NCBI GenBank assembly: GCA_949286725.1
Contig: CASECZ010000006.1
Coordinates: 3,847-67,846 of the forward strand
Reading direction: 5' to 3'
DNA: 64,000 nt
Origin: an uncultured Clostridia bacterium
GTDB taxonomy: Bacteria > Bacillota > Clostridia > Christensenellales > CAG-917
The notes under the pieces are model-generated. The model was not told the DNA's origin and did no database searches. It worked only from the letters and a program-made list of their open reading frames with translations. Position 1 is the first letter of the stretch. Each line of letters begins with the position of its first letter. Below, one piece after another: positions 10,464-20,166 of the stretch. The position numbers were made by a program, and so were the translations under genes.

Positions 10464-10792
10464 TCGGTCACTTTGGTGAACATTTCCGCCGCTTCTTCGG
10501 GGTCGGGTTCGGCGTCGAGTTTGCGATAGATTTCCATATCGTAGGTTAAGTAAATCCGTTTGCCCGTCAGCGACTGTGCGTCGCGCTCGATTTCCTCTTT
10601 CAGGGCGTTTCGCTCGCTCGAAAGATAAATGGGGTAAGTGAGCACCGCGAGGACTATCGCGTCCTTGCCTTCGATGGAGCGTACCGCGGCAATCTGCGGC
10701 TTTGCGAGCGCGACGCTTTCCGCCGCAGACACCGTGCTTTGCATTTCGTATCGCGCAGAGGCGAAATTTTCTACTTGGGGAATTTCCGTCAT
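10445..10792 (-). CDS. Small sporulation protein, YhcN/YlaJ-like, without lipoprotein signal
   Basis: C-terminal pattern (AIVLAV...LKEEIE...RIYLTYDMEIYRKL) resembles the family. Sigma-F-like GTATT-N15-GGAAAAACT ends 6 nt before the ATG. Confidence 0.55.
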   Translation of the reverse strand: MTEIPQVENFASARYEMQSTVSAAESVALAKPQIAAVRSIEGKDAIVLAVLTYPIYLSSERNALKEEIERDAQSLTGKRIYLTYDMEIYRKLDAEPDPEEAAEMFTKVTEGREVF

Positions 10793-11006
10793 ATTTTCAG
10801 TTTTTCCCTTTTATGCAAAAGCAATACGCGGGCGGAGCGTTCCTGCTGCCGAGGGCTTTTCGTTTTTCTTCGGGTTTTCGTCCGAACGGAGCGGTTTTCG
10901 GATTTTCAAATATATTTCTCAAAATCTTTTATGCGCTGTTCGATTATCCGTTTCGGTCTGCAAGACGAGTACGTGGGCAGAAATTTTTTCAAATTTTTCA
11001 AATGCG

Positions 11007-11036
11007 TTGACAGCCGCACTCAAACGGTTATATTAT
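11007..11036 (+). promoter_or_regulatory. Sigma-A promoter of the riboswitch/ribU operon
   Basis: TTGACA at 11007, then TATATT (16-nt spacer) or TATTAT (18-nt spacer). Confidence 0.7.
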
Positions 11037-11040
11037 GTCA

Positions 11041-11145
11041 TTGCTTCGGGGCGAGGTGCAATTCCTCACCGGCGGTTAAAGTCCGCGAACTTGCTTTGCA
11101 AGCCGAACGGGTGAAATTCCCGTACCGACGGTACAGTCGTGGCAT
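11041..11145 (+). ncRNA. FMN riboswitch (RFN element), apparently missing its 3' J6/1-P1 strand
   Basis: CTTCGGGGCGAGGTGCAATTCCTCACCGGCGGT...AGTCCGCGA...CGGGTGAAATTCCCGTACCGACGGTACAGTC matches RFN; the usual CGGATGRRAGAAG does not follow; upstream of ribU. Confidence 0.88.
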
Positions 11146-11158
11146 TTATATGCGTTTC

Positions 11159-11196
11159 ACGCCCCGATTTGCGTATTGCGTATCGGGGCGTTTTTT
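11159..11196 (+). terminator. Riboswitch expression-platform terminator
   Basis: ACGCCCCGAT...ATCGGGGCGT plus T-run; the 5' arm is complementary to TCGGGGCG at the aptamer 5' end (antiterminator). Confidence 0.85.
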
Positions 11197-11217
11197 CGTC
11201 CCAAAAGGAGGACTTGT

Positions 11218-12342
11218 ATGCAAATCGGAAACAAAACAATCACTTTCAGAATGTCGGCGGCTTACGTTGCCAAACTCGCGCTCCTTACGGCTCTTGCTTT
11301 CGCGCTCTACCTTGCGAAATTCAATCTGCCCGCGATTTTTCCGTCGTTTTTGGAAATGCAGTTCTCTGAACTGCCTGCCTTGCTTGCGGGGTTTTCGATG
11401 GGGCCCGTTGCAGGGGTTCTGGTCGTTATATTCAAGTGTTTGCTCAAATTCCCGCTCACTTCCACTGCTTTTGTCGGCGAGCTTACGGATATGCTGCTCG
11501 GCGTTGCGATAGTGTTGCCCGCGTCGCTCATCTATCTGCGCCGCAAGGACAAGAAGCACGCCGCAATCGGTCTTGCCGTCAGCACCGTGTGTGCCGTGGC
11601 GGTTGCGTTGCTCGTAAACCGTTACATTTCCATTCCGTTCTATACCACACTGTATTTCGACGGTAATTTCAACGCAATCGTCGGTATGTGCAGCGTAATT
11701 TATCCCAATGCCACCGCGGACACTTTCTATGCGTTCTATCTCGGTCTGGGCATAGTTCCGTTCAACCTGCTCCGCTGTGCGATAATGGCGTTGCTCACTT
11801 TCCTGTTGTACAAACGGTTGAGCAAGATTTTGCACTGGGAGGGCACCTCGCTCATTCACAGACTTTCGGGCAGTTACGAGTGCGACAACGAAGAGGAAAC
11901 CTATGCGCTGGCAAAGAAGGTTGCGGACACGCTGAAAGGCGGCGAAACCGTGTTGCTTTCGGGTGACCTCGGCGCGGGCAAAACCACGTTCACGAAAGGG
12001 CTGGCAAAGGCTCTCGGCGTGGAGGAAGAGGTCACGAGCCCCACTTTTACCGTGCTCAACGTCTACGAGGACGGCAGATTGCCGCTTTATCACCTTGATA
12101 TGTACCGCATGGAAAACGGCGACGAACTCGGCGAACTCGGCATCGAGGACACGACGCCCGCAAACGCCGTGAAGGTAATAGAGTGGAATAAGTTCGAGAA
12201 CTTGACAGGCAGGATTATTGATGTCAAAATAACCGTTGAAGGCGAAAACGAGAGAATTTTCGAGATTTCGGACAGCGCGGAGCACAAAAAGGAACACCGC
12301 ACGTTCGCGTTCACGAAAAAGGCGGACGGCAAAGCCGTCTGA
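11218..12342 (+). CDS. tsaE: Fusion of an ECF S-component (RibU-like riboflavin transporter) and the t6A ATPase TsaE
   Basis: N-terminal multi-TM region with [22 protein letters not shown] and PFNLL; C-terminal [18 protein letters not shown] and IEW; no stop between them; AGGAGG RBS. Confidence 0.9.
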   Translation: MQIGNKTITFRMSAAYVAKLALLTALAFALYLAKFNLPAIFPSFLEMQFSELPALLAGFSMGPVAGVLVVIFKCLLKFPLTSTAFVGELTDMLLGVAIVLPASLIYLRRKDKKHAAIGLAVSTVCAVAVALLVNRYISIPFYTTLYFDGNFNAIVGMCSVIYPNATADTFYAFYLGLGIVPFNLLRCAIMALLTFLLYKRLSKILHWEGTSLIHRLSGSYECDNEEETYALAKKVADTLKGGETVLLSGDLGAGKTTFTKGLAKALGVEEEVTSPTFTVLNVYEDGRLPLYHLDMYRMENGDELGELGIEDTTPANAVKVIEWNKFENLTGRIIDVKITVEGENERIFEISDSAEHKKEHRTFAFTKKADGKAV

Positions 12343-12363
12343 CGGTCTTGCGCCGGACGGATT

Positions 12364-12933
12364 ATGAACATACTTTTCATCGACACTTCCTCAATGATAT
12401 TGACAGTCGGCGCCGTGCGGGGCGCGAAAGTGATTTCGCGCTCCGTCGACGCCGGTCAGAAAGGGCATACGGGCATACTTCTGTCCGTAATTGACGACGT
12501 TCTGAAAAAATCCGCACTCGACGTGAACGACGTCGAAGCCGTCGCACTGGTGGTGGGACCCGGCTCGTTTACGGGTATCCGTATCGGTGCGGCAACGGCG
12601 ACCGCCATAGCCCAGGCGGTTGGAGCGAAACGCATTTCCGTCACGGCGTTCGACGTTCTCGCATACAATAGGGCGGACGTTTCCGTCGCGGTGGAAGCGG
12701 GACACGGCAACCTCTATACGGCGAAGTGTTCGGGCGGGAAGACCGTGTCGACCGAGTTCGTACAGGCGCAGGACGCGAAAGTTGAAAACTATGTTTTCAA
12801 ACCCGCATCCGACCCTGCCGACGTTCTTGCGGCGATAGCGCGCGAAAAGGCGGAGAAAGGCGAATTCGTGTCCGTGTTCGAGCCTTACTATATGAGAAAA
12901 TCGCAGGCGGAGAGGAACAGAGATGAGATTTGA
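12364..12933 (+). CDS. tsaB: t6A biosynthesis protein TsaB
   Basis: ILFIDTS, GPGSFTGIRIG, EPYYMRKSQAER. Confidence 0.93.
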   Translation: MNILFIDTSSMILTVGAVRGAKVISRSVDAGQKGHTGILLSVIDDVLKKSALDVNDVEAVALVVGPGSFTGIRIGAATATAIAQAVGAKRISVTAFDVLAYNRADVSVAVEAGHGNLYTAKCSGGKTVSTEFVQAQDAKVENYVFKPASDPADVLAAIAREKAEKGEFVSVFEPYYMRKSQAERNRDEI

Positions 12934-13354
12934 ACCCCTGCGTTTCGAACACCTGCGCCAGATGGCGGAAATAGAGAAAGAGGCGTTCGATATGCCTTGG
13001 ACGGAGAACATGTTTATCCCCGAACTCAACTGTGCCGACGCGACTTATCTCGTCGGGACGCGCGGCGACGAAGTCGTGTGTTACGGAGGATTTCACACCG
13101 TTCTCGACGAGGCGCATATCACGAATATAGCAGTAAAGAGCACGCAAAGAGGCAGGGGAATAGGCAAGTTCCTGATGTCGGCATTGCTCGCAAAGGCGCG
13201 TGAAAAGGGCGTGAAATCGGTCACGCTCGAAGTGAGAGACAACAACGTCCCCGCAATCCGACTTTACGAGAGTTTCGGGTTCAGAACGGAAGGAGTACGC
13301 AAGAGGTATTACAACAATAAGTACGACGCCCTCATAATGTGGCTCGACTTGTAG
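12923..13354 (+). CDS. rimI: Ribosomal-protein-alanine N-acetyltransferase
   Basis: GNAT motifs HITNIAV, RGRGIG, LEVRDNNVPAIRLY, RKRYY. Confidence 0.93.
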   Translation: MRFEPLRFEHLRQMAEIEKEAFDMPWTENMFIPELNCADATYLVGTRGDEVVCYGGFHTVLDEAHITNIAVKSTQRGRGIGKFLMSALLAKAREKGVKSVTLEVRDNNVPAIRLYESFGFRTEGVRKRYYNNKYDALIMWLDL

Positions 13355-13361
13355 GAGGCTC

Positions 13362-14057
13362 TTGCACGCTCTGACTTTCGGGGAAGGGAAAAACGTAATT
13401 TTTTTGCACGGCTGGGGCGGTGACATCTCCGCCTTTTTGATTTTCGCAAGGCGGCTTTGCGCCGAGTACAGGGTGACTGCCGCCGAATTCGACGGATTCG
13501 GCACGACGCCCGAGCCCGCTCGCCCGTACGGAGTGGACGACTACGCCGCCGCAACCGTCGCGCTTATGGACGAAAGGAAGATAGACCGCGCCGTGGTGGT
13601 GGGGCACAGTTTCGGCGGACGGGTGGCGATGGAGCTTGCGGCAAAATATCCCGACCGCGTCGCCGCGCTCGCGCTTGTGGACAGCGCGGGTATCAAACCG
13701 CGGCGGAAACCGTCCTACTACGTAAAAGTTTTTCTGCACAAATTTCTGAAAAAACTGGGTTTCAAAGGGCTTTCGGGGTCGTCGGATTATTCCGTGCTGT
13801 CGCCCGTGATGAAAGCGACTTTCGTCAATGTCGTCAACTACGACCAGACCCCCGTTCTCAAAGACATAAAATGTCCCGTGGCTCTGTTCTGGGGGCGAAA
13901 CGACACCGAAACTCCGCCATATATGGCGGAGACAATAAAGAACGGCGTGTCGGACGCTCACATATTCTGGCTCGAAGGCGGACATTTCGCTTACCTCGAC
14001 GACGCGGAAAAATTTTACGTGATACTGAAATCTTTTATAGCGCAGACGGCACGGTGA
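13362..14057 (+). CDS. Alpha/beta hydrolase
   Basis: FLHGWG, nucleophile elbow GHSFGG, WGRND, GHFAY. Confidence 0.9.
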   Translation: MHALTFGEGKNVIFLHGWGGDISAFLIFARRLCAEYRVTAAEFDGFGTTPEPARPYGVDDYAAATVALMDERKIDRAVVVGHSFGGRVAMELAAKYPDRVAALALVDSAGIKPRRKPSYYVKVFLHKFLKKLGFKGLSGSSDYSVLSPVMKATFVNVVNYDQTPVLKDIKCPVALFWGRNDTETPPYMAETIKNGVSDAHIFWLEGGHFAYLDDAEKFYVILKSFIAQTAR

Positions 14058-14143
14058 CCGCGACTGAGGAGCCTTCCTGCGCACAATCGCGACGTATTGC
14101 AAATATAATGTGGATTGCGGGGGCTTTCCCGTCGGAGGAAGAT

Positions 14144-15736
14144 ATGGTTCTTGCGCGCGGAGACTGGTTCTTTTTGCTTCTGACGTTGCTGGTCAGCGTG
14201 TTTATGGTGCGACCGTATCTTTACGCCGTGCAACAGGACAACTACCGCGTGAACGAGATTTTTCACAGCAAACGGGTGAGAAACGCATACATCGCCGACG
14301 TCGTCTGCGTGCTGGTTTTCGGCGCGTTCTGGGGCGCGTTTTACTTCGTGCAGTCGCGTATATTCTGGGGTTTCCTCACGGGATTGTTCTTTTTCATCGC
14401 CGAGTTCGCGCTCTACTTCGTGGAGGAAATGCCCGCGCGCAAAAAACCGTTCAGATACACGCGCCGCGCCGTCCGCGCCATCGTCGCCGTCGCGTTGAGC
14501 TGCACCGCGGCAGTGTCCGTCGCGCTCGCCTGCGTCAACGGTTACGTCGAGGACAGTTATCTCAGATATCTCGTGTTTTTCGGCATACCCGTGACCTTTC
14601 CGTTGTTGTTTTCCGCCACGCTTGCCGTCGTCAACGTATTCGAGAGGATCAACAACCGCAGGTACGAAAGGCGCACACGCCGCATTCTCGCCGCGCGTCC
14701 CGACCTTATCAAAATCGCGGTTACGGGCAGTTTCGGCAAGACGTCCGTCAAAAACATGCTCGCGGGTATGTTGTCGGAAAAATACAGGGTGCTTGTCACG
14801 CCCGAGAGTTACAATACGCCGATGGGAATATCCAAGACGGTCAAGGAACTTGACGCCACGCACGAAATTTTCATTGCCGAAATGGGCGCAAGACGAAAGG
14901 GCGACATAGGACGGCTTATGCGCATCGTGCGCCCCGAATACGCCGTACTTACGGGGATAAACGACCAGCATTTGCAGACTTTCGGCAGCAGAGAGGCGAT
15001 AGTCAGAGAGAAATTGCGGGTGCTGGACGTGTACACCGACGAGGGTATCGCAGTCGTTTCGGACACGCTTGCGGAACTGCCGCGCATAAGCGCGGACCCG
15101 CGCACTGACATACTGCTCGCGGGGAGCCGCCCGACGTCGCCCGTCAGGTATTCCGACGTTGCGGTGTGCGAGGACGGCAGCGTGTTCACGCTGGATTTGC
15201 AGGGAATACGCATAGAATGCATGACGCGGTTGCTCGGCAAACACAACATCGCCAACATAACTCTGGCGGCGGCAATGGCATATTCGCTCGGGGTGTCGCC
15301 CGAACGCATAGCCGACGCCGTGGCGAGGCTGGAACCCACGCCTCACCGACTGCAACTTATAGAAGGAAACGGCATAAAAATAATTGACGACAGTTTCAAT
15401 TCCAATCCGCAGGGCGCCGCTTGCGCTCTCGAAGTTCTGTCGCTTTTCAACGGCAGGAAGGTGGTGGTGACTCCGGGTATGGTGGAACTCGGCGAGGTCG
15501 AGAACGAGGAGAACCGCAGACTGGGCAACGCACTTGCCGACGTTGCCGACGTGGTTATGCTGGTAGGCAAAAAGCGCGTTCAGTCCATACGCCGCGGATT
15601 GCAGGAGAAGGGGTTTGACGGCACGGTGCTGATATACGACACGTTGTCCGATGCGGAAGAGGCTTTCAAAGGCGTGCTGCACATCGGCGACGTGCTTCTT
15701 CTGCTCAACGATTTGCCCGACTGTTACGACGAATAG
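14144..15736 (+). CDS. murF: MurF-like Mur ligase with N-terminal transmembrane domain
   Basis: GGAGGA RBS; about 5 TM helices then VTGSFGKTSVK, SYNTPMG, EMGAR, DDSFNSNP, GMVELG. Confidence 0.85.
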   Translation: MVLARGDWFFLLLTLLVSVFMVRPYLYAVQQDNYRVNEIFHSKRVRNAYIADVVCVLVFGAFWGAFYFVQSRIFWGFLTGLFFFIAEFALYFVEEMPARKKPFRYTRRAVRAIVAVALSCTAAVSVALACVNGYVEDSYLRYLVFFGIPVTFPLLFSATLAVVNVFERINNRRYERRTRRILAARPDLIKIAVTGSFGKTSVKNMLAGMLSEKYRVLVTPESYNTPMGISKTVKELDATHEIFIAEMGARRKGDIGRLMRIVRPEYAVLTGINDQHLQTFGSREAIVREKLRVLDVYTDEGIAVVSDTLAELPRISADPRTDILLAGSRPTSPVRYSDVAVCEDGSVFTLDLQGIRIECMTRLLGKHNIANITLAAAMAYSLGVSPERIADAVARLEPTPHRLQLIEGNGIKIIDDSFNSNPQGAACALEVLSLFNGRKVVVTPGMVELGEVENEENRRLGNALADVADVVMLVGKKRVQSIRRGLQEKGFDGTVLIYDTLSDAEEAFKGVLHIGDVLLLLNDLPDCYDE

Positions 15737-15745
15737 GAGGAGAGC

Positions 15746-16909
15746 ATGAAAGTGAAGTTGGCTTTGCTGTTCGGAGGACGGTCTCCCGAAAGCGACATAT
15801 CCGTAATCACCGCATTGCAGGCGGTCGCCGCGCTTTCGGAGAGCGGGTACGAAGTCGAAGCGATATATATGCACGAGGGCGACTTCTACATTCGCGGAGT
15901 GGACGTCCTCGAAGCCTTCACGCCGTTCAGACCCGCCGAACACACACGAACAGTACTTATAAACGGCGCGTTTTATTCTTTGAAAAAGAATAAGCTTCAA
16001 CGCGAGTTCAAGCCCGACGTTGCTCTCGTATGCTGCCACGGAGGCGAAGGAGAAAACGGAGTTTTGCAAGGTGTGCTGGATTTCAACGGCATTCCGTACT
16101 GTTCCTCGGGCGTGCTGGGGTCGGCGGTCGGAATGGACAAAGCCGTGTCCAAAAGCATATTCGACAATATGCTGATGAACGTCATTCAGTACACGACGGT
16201 TTCGCGCAGGGAATACAAGGCGACCCCCGACGCCGTCGCGGAAAGGCTGGAAAAGTTTCTCGATTATCCGATGATAGTGAAACCTGCTTCGCAGGGCAGC
16301 AGCATAGGAATACGCGTTGCCGAGGACAGGGCGGGGCTGTTGTACGCGCTGGACGTTGCGTGCGAGTTCGACGACAAAATTCTGGTGGAAGAAAAACTGG
16401 TGGATTTTGCCGAAGTCAACTGCGCGGCGTTTGCGTACGGCGACAAAATCGTGGTGTCCGAGACGGAGCGACCGTTGGGAGCGGGCGAGTTTCTGACTTT
16501 TGAGGACAAGTATCTGGAAAACGGAAAAATGAGCGGCGGCGGTCATATACTGCCCGCGGACATCGGCGCGCTGAACGACGTCGTCCGCGCCAACACCGAA
16601 AAAGTGTACAGAGAATTGGAATTGCGCGGAGTGGTGCGTGTGGATTTTCTCGTGGACAAGACGCGCAACAAGGTGTATATCAACGAGATAAACACAGTGC
16701 CGGGGTCGCTTGCTTTCTATCTCTTCGAGCCTTTGGGCATAGATTTCTGCACTCTTTTGAAAATGCAGATTGAAAACACGTTGGAACGAGCCGCCGAAGG
16801 GGGCAGGAAAAAGGTGTTTCGCTCCGCTGTGCTGGAATGTTACGGCAAGGGTGTGAAGTCCGCAAAACGCGCGAAACTCCGTTCTCCCGCCGACAAACCT
16901 AATGACTGA
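15746..16909 (+). CDS. ddl: D-alanine--D-alanine ligase family protein
   Basis: FGGRSPE, HGGEGENG, GSSIGI, FEDKY, NEINTVPG. Confidence 0.92.
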   Translation: MKVKLALLFGGRSPESDISVITALQAVAALSESGYEVEAIYMHEGDFYIRGVDVLEAFTPFRPAEHTRTVLINGAFYSLKKNKLQREFKPDVALVCCHGGEGENGVLQGVLDFNGIPYCSSGVLGSAVGMDKAVSKSIFDNMLMNVIQYTTVSRREYKATPDAVAERLEKFLDYPMIVKPASQGSSIGIRVAEDRAGLLYALDVACEFDDKILVEEKLVDFAEVNCAAFAYGDKIVVSETERPLGAGEFLTFEDKYLENGKMSGGGHILPADIGALNDVVRANTEKVYRELELRGVVRVDFLVDKTRNKVYINEINTVPGSLAFYLFEPLGIDFCTLLKMQIENTLERAAEGGRKKVFRSAVLECYGKGVKSAKRAKLRSPADKPND

Positions 16910-17046
16910 CCCGCAATAATCCGAACTTTCCGAACGTATGTTTTTGCCGCGCACGCCGACGTGCGCGGGTTTTTGCCGATTTGTACGCGTCTTTGTTGCC
17001 AAGCCGTGCAAAATGTGATATTCTTTTTGCATTGTGAGGTGAAAAT

Positions 17047-18234
17047 ATGGACAAAATCAAAATGACCGTACCGCTCGTCGAAATGGACGGCGACGAAATG
17101 ACCCGCGTGCTTTGGCAGTGGGTCAAAGACATTCTCATTCTTCCTTACGTCGACCTGAAAACCGAATATTACGACCTTTCGCTTGAAAACCGCGACGCCA
17201 CCGACGACAAAGTAACGGTCGAAGCCGCGGAAGCCTGCCTGAAATACGGCGTCGGCGTGAAGTGCGCCACCATAACCCCCAACGCGCAGAGAGTGGAGGA
17301 ATTCGGCCTCAAAAAGATGTGGGCGAGCCCCAACGCCACAATCCGTGCCAAGATGGACGGAACAGTGTTCCGTACGCCTGTCACCGTGAGAGGAATAACC
17401 CCGCTCGTGCCCGCGTGGACGAAGCCCATCGTCATTGCCCGTCACGCCTACGGCGACGTCTACAAGGGCGTGGAAATGGCAGTCAAGGGCGGCAAAGCCG
17501 AACTGTCCTGCGGCGGCGAGAGCAAAACCGTTTTCGACTTCGGCGACAAGGGCGGCATATTGCAAGCGATACATAACACCGAGGCGAGCATAAAGAGTTT
17601 CGCGCGCAGCTGTTTCCGTTACGCGCTGGACACCAAGACCGACCTTTGGTTCTCCACCAAGGATACCATTTCCAAGATATACGACCACACCTTCAAGGAT
17701 ATTTTCGCCGAGATGTACGAGCAGGAGTTCAAAAAGGACTTCGAGGCGGCGGGTATCGAATACTTCTACACGCTCATCGACGACGCGGTTGCGCGCGTTA
17801 TGCGTTCGCAGGGCGGTTTCATCTGGGCACTCAAAAACTATGACGGCGACGTCATGAGCGATATGGTCGCGACGGCGTTCGGTTCGCTGGCTATGATGAC
17901 GTCCGTGCTCGTTTCGCCTACGGGTGCCTACGAGTACGAGGCGGCTCACGGCACCGTCACGCGTCACTTCCGCAAGTATCAGAACGGCGAAGAAACTTCG
18001 ACCAACTCCGTCGCAACGCTTTTCGCGTGGACGGGTGCGCTCCGCAAACGCGGCGAAATGGACGGCAACTTCGCGTTGGCGTCCTTTGCCGACAGACTCG
18101 AAAAAGCCACGATCGACACCATCGAAGGCGGCGAAATGACCAAGGATCTTGCGGGAATGTTCCACCTCGACGGCGTAACCGTCAAAGCCCTGAACAGCAA
18201 GGACTTCCTCAAAGCCATAGCAAAGCGTCTGTAA
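17047..18234 (+). CDS. icd: NADP-dependent isocitrate dehydrogenase
   Basis: MDGDEMTR, KCATITP, SPNATIR, LIDDAVA, EAAHGTVTRH. Confidence 0.96.
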   Translation: MDKIKMTVPLVEMDGDEMTRVLWQWVKDILILPYVDLKTEYYDLSLENRDATDDKVTVEAAEACLKYGVGVKCATITPNAQRVEEFGLKKMWASPNATIRAKMDGTVFRTPVTVRGITPLVPAWTKPIVIARHAYGDVYKGVEMAVKGGKAELSCGGESKTVFDFGDKGGILQAIHNTEASIKSFARSCFRYALDTKTDLWFSTKDTISKIYDHTFKDIFAEMYEQEFKKDFEAAGIEYFYTLIDDAVARVMRSQGGFIWALKNYDGDVMSDMVATAFGSLAMMTSVLVSPTGAYEYEAAHGTVTRHFRKYQNGEETSTNSVATLFAWTGALRKRGEMDGNFALASFADRLEKATIDTIEGGEMTKDLAGMFHLDGVTVKALNSKDFLKAIAKRL

Positions 18235-18259
18235 AAAACGACGGCATGCACGATTAAGC

Positions 18260-18288
18260 AAAGCCCGCTCATAGAGCGGGCTTTTTTT
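18260..18288. terminator. Intrinsic terminator
   Basis: AAAGCCCGCTC-ata-GAGCGGGCTTTTTTT. Confidence 0.85.
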
Positions 18289-18312
18289 GTGCGTTTTTGC
18301 GGCAGTCGCGGG

Positions 18313-19176
18313 TCAGTCTTTGGCGTAAATGACGTTGTCCGCGACGATTTTCACGTTGTCCTTGTAAGCGAGCGGCACCGTGATTATGATTTGTTTTTCC
18401 GCTTTGGTCGGTGTGAACAGGAAACCGAGCATTTTGTCCACGGGTTCGTCGGCCGCGGGTGCGTCGCTGTTGAGGCGTATGCGGGTTTCGCTCTTTTCCG
18501 CCGACATTGCCACGGTATAGTTGTTGTCGTACAGATAATAAAGTTTGATTTCGACTTCCGTCGTGTTGGTCGCCTCGTAACGGACGACGACGGGTCTGTC
18601 GCCGACGTAAGCCGAAATTGTAAGATGCGGATTGCTCGGGTCGTCGGTGTTGATGAGGGTGGTCAGCGTCCTTTCCTCACAGTCGGGCAGATAGCCTTTG
18701 GAAATCATATAGGGCGTCTTTGCCGCAAGCCAGTTTTCCTGTTGCAGGCAACCCAGCCCCGCGGCGGCGATGACGAACACGACCGCCACGACCAAAAGCG
18801 CGTAAGCCGCGTTTTGAGGGGTGACGATTTTCTTCTTTTCGACGTGACTTGCGGATGCCTCTTTTGCCGCGGCGCGTTCTTTCCTCTTCGTGTAAGCGGC
18901 GGAAGGGAAGCGGTCGTAATAAACTTTGTCGAGATAGCCGAGCAAGCCGAGGCAGCTACCGATGCAGGCGGCTATGCCGATGAACGAAACGCCGAACAGC
19001 AGGAAAAACACCATTTCGGAGCCCCACGCGGTCATTATCGCGACGGCATAACTGAACGAAATGCCGAACAGTGCGAAGGAGAGGAGCACGAGCAACGCCA
19101 ACCCCGCCAAGGGGAGAGCGCAAACAAAGTGTTTCGTATTTTCGTTTACGGGTTTTTTCATATCTGATTTTGCCAT
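18313..19176 (-). CDS. Hypothetical membrane protein (3 TM plus C-terminal extracytoplasmic domain)
   Basis: TTGACT-18-TATAAT ends 6 nt before ATG 19176; hydrophobic segments. Confidence 0.75.
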   Translation of the reverse strand: MAKSDMKKPVNENTKHFVCALPLAGLALLVLLSFALFGISFSYAVAIMTAWGSEMVFFLLFGVSFIGIAACIGSCLGLLGYLDKVYYDRFPSAAYTKRKERAAAKEASASHVEKKKIVTPQNAAYALLVVAVVFVIAAAGLGCLQQENWLAAKTPYMISKGYLPDCEERTLTTLINTDDPSNPHLTISAYVGDRPVVVRYEATNTTEVEIKLYYLYDNNYTVAMSAEKSETRIRLNSDAPAADEPVDKMLGFLFTPTKAEKQIIITVPLAYKDNVKIVADNVIYAKD

Positions 19177-19220
19177 ACGGGAATTATACATTCCCGCCGC
19201 GCGCAAAGTCAAGCGCGGGG

Positions 19221-19249
19221 TTCTATACCGAAAGAGTTTAACATAGACT
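19221..19249 (+). promoter_or_regulatory. Sigma-E-like promoter of pdaB
   Basis: TTCTATA-N14-CATAGACT. Confidence 0.55.
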
Positions 19250-19328
19250 TTTATGAGGCGCGCGGAATGACGATTTTCGTCAAGGGGGGACAGAATTCCC
19301 CAAAATCCGCGCCGCATTACGATTTACT

Positions 19329-20114
19329 ATGAGGTGTAGCGTGTTTCTGGTGTTGAAGAGAAAGAGCATAATCGTCTGTCTGTCGCTGGCGTTGCTGTTC
19401 GTCGTCGCCGTGGCGGCGCTGGGCGCTTCGGGAACGGCGGCGGTGTTTTTCGGCGAGAGCACGCGCAAAGTTCCCGTTTACAGCGTGGCGAAAGCTGAGA
19501 GTGCGGAGAAGGTGATTGCGTTGACCTTCGACGCGGCGTGGGGCGCGGACAAGACGCAGGGCATCATCGACATCCTGAACGAGTACGACGCCGACGCGAC
19601 TTTCTTCCTCGTCGGGTTCTGGATAGACAAGTACGCCGAAGAGGTGAAAGCCATTGCCGACGCGGGGCTGGAAATCGGCAACCACTCCAAAAATCATCTC
19701 AACATGCCGCGTTTGAGTGAGGACGCGATACGCGAGGAAATCACCTCGGTAAACGCGCAGATAGAAAACCTGACGGGAATAAAACCGACCTACTTCCGCG
19801 CACCGTACGGCGACTATTCCAACCGTTTGCTCGACGTCGTCGAGGACCTCGGAATGGTGGGCGTGCAGTGGAGCATAGACAGCCTCGACTGGAAGGGGCT
19901 TTCGGCAAAAGAGATAGTTGACAGGGTCGTTCCGAAAGCGAAAAGCGGCGATATCGTACTTTTCCACAACAATTCCGACCACATTCTGGACGCGTTGCCG
20001 CTGGTGCTTATGGGGTTGAAGAACAAAGGTTTCCGTTTCGTTGCGCTGTCGGATATGGTGGCGACGAAGGACTTTACCGTGGATTCGGCGGGCGTGCAGC
20101 ACGCGCTCGAATGA
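19329..20114 (+). CDS. pdaB: Polysaccharide deacetylase, sporulation PdaB-like (start may be GTG 19341)
   Basis: ALTFDAAWG, EIGNHSKNH, FRAPYG, WSIDSLDW, VLFHN; N-terminal TM. Confidence 0.85.
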   Translation: MRCSVFLVLKRKSIIVCLSLALLFVVAVAALGASGTAAVFFGESTRKVPVYSVAKAESAEKVIALTFDAAWGADKTQGIIDILNEYDADATFFLVGFWIDKYAEEVKAIADAGLEIGNHSKNHLNMPRLSEDAIREEITSVNAQIENLTGIKPTYFRAPYGDYSNRLLDVVEDLGMVGVQWSIDSLDWKGLSAKEIVDRVVPKAKSGDIVLFHNNSDHILDALPLVLMGLKNKGFRFVALSDMVATKDFTVDSAGVQHALE

Positions 20115-20166
20115 AATACGATTGCGGAGGACGAAAGTTCAATTCACACCGCAATTAAAAGGAACT

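Noticed and set aside
13457-14143. Apparent N-terminal extension of MurF to 759 aa
   Set aside because: It overlaps the hydrolase out of frame; a GGAGGA RBS supports ATG 14144.
14015-17032. 1005-aa antisense ORF and other long reverse-frame ORFs (e.g. 36341-38281, 43013-44653, 45731-47329)
   Set aside because: They are shadows of well-supported + strand genes in GC-rich DNA, with no recognisable motifs or RBS.
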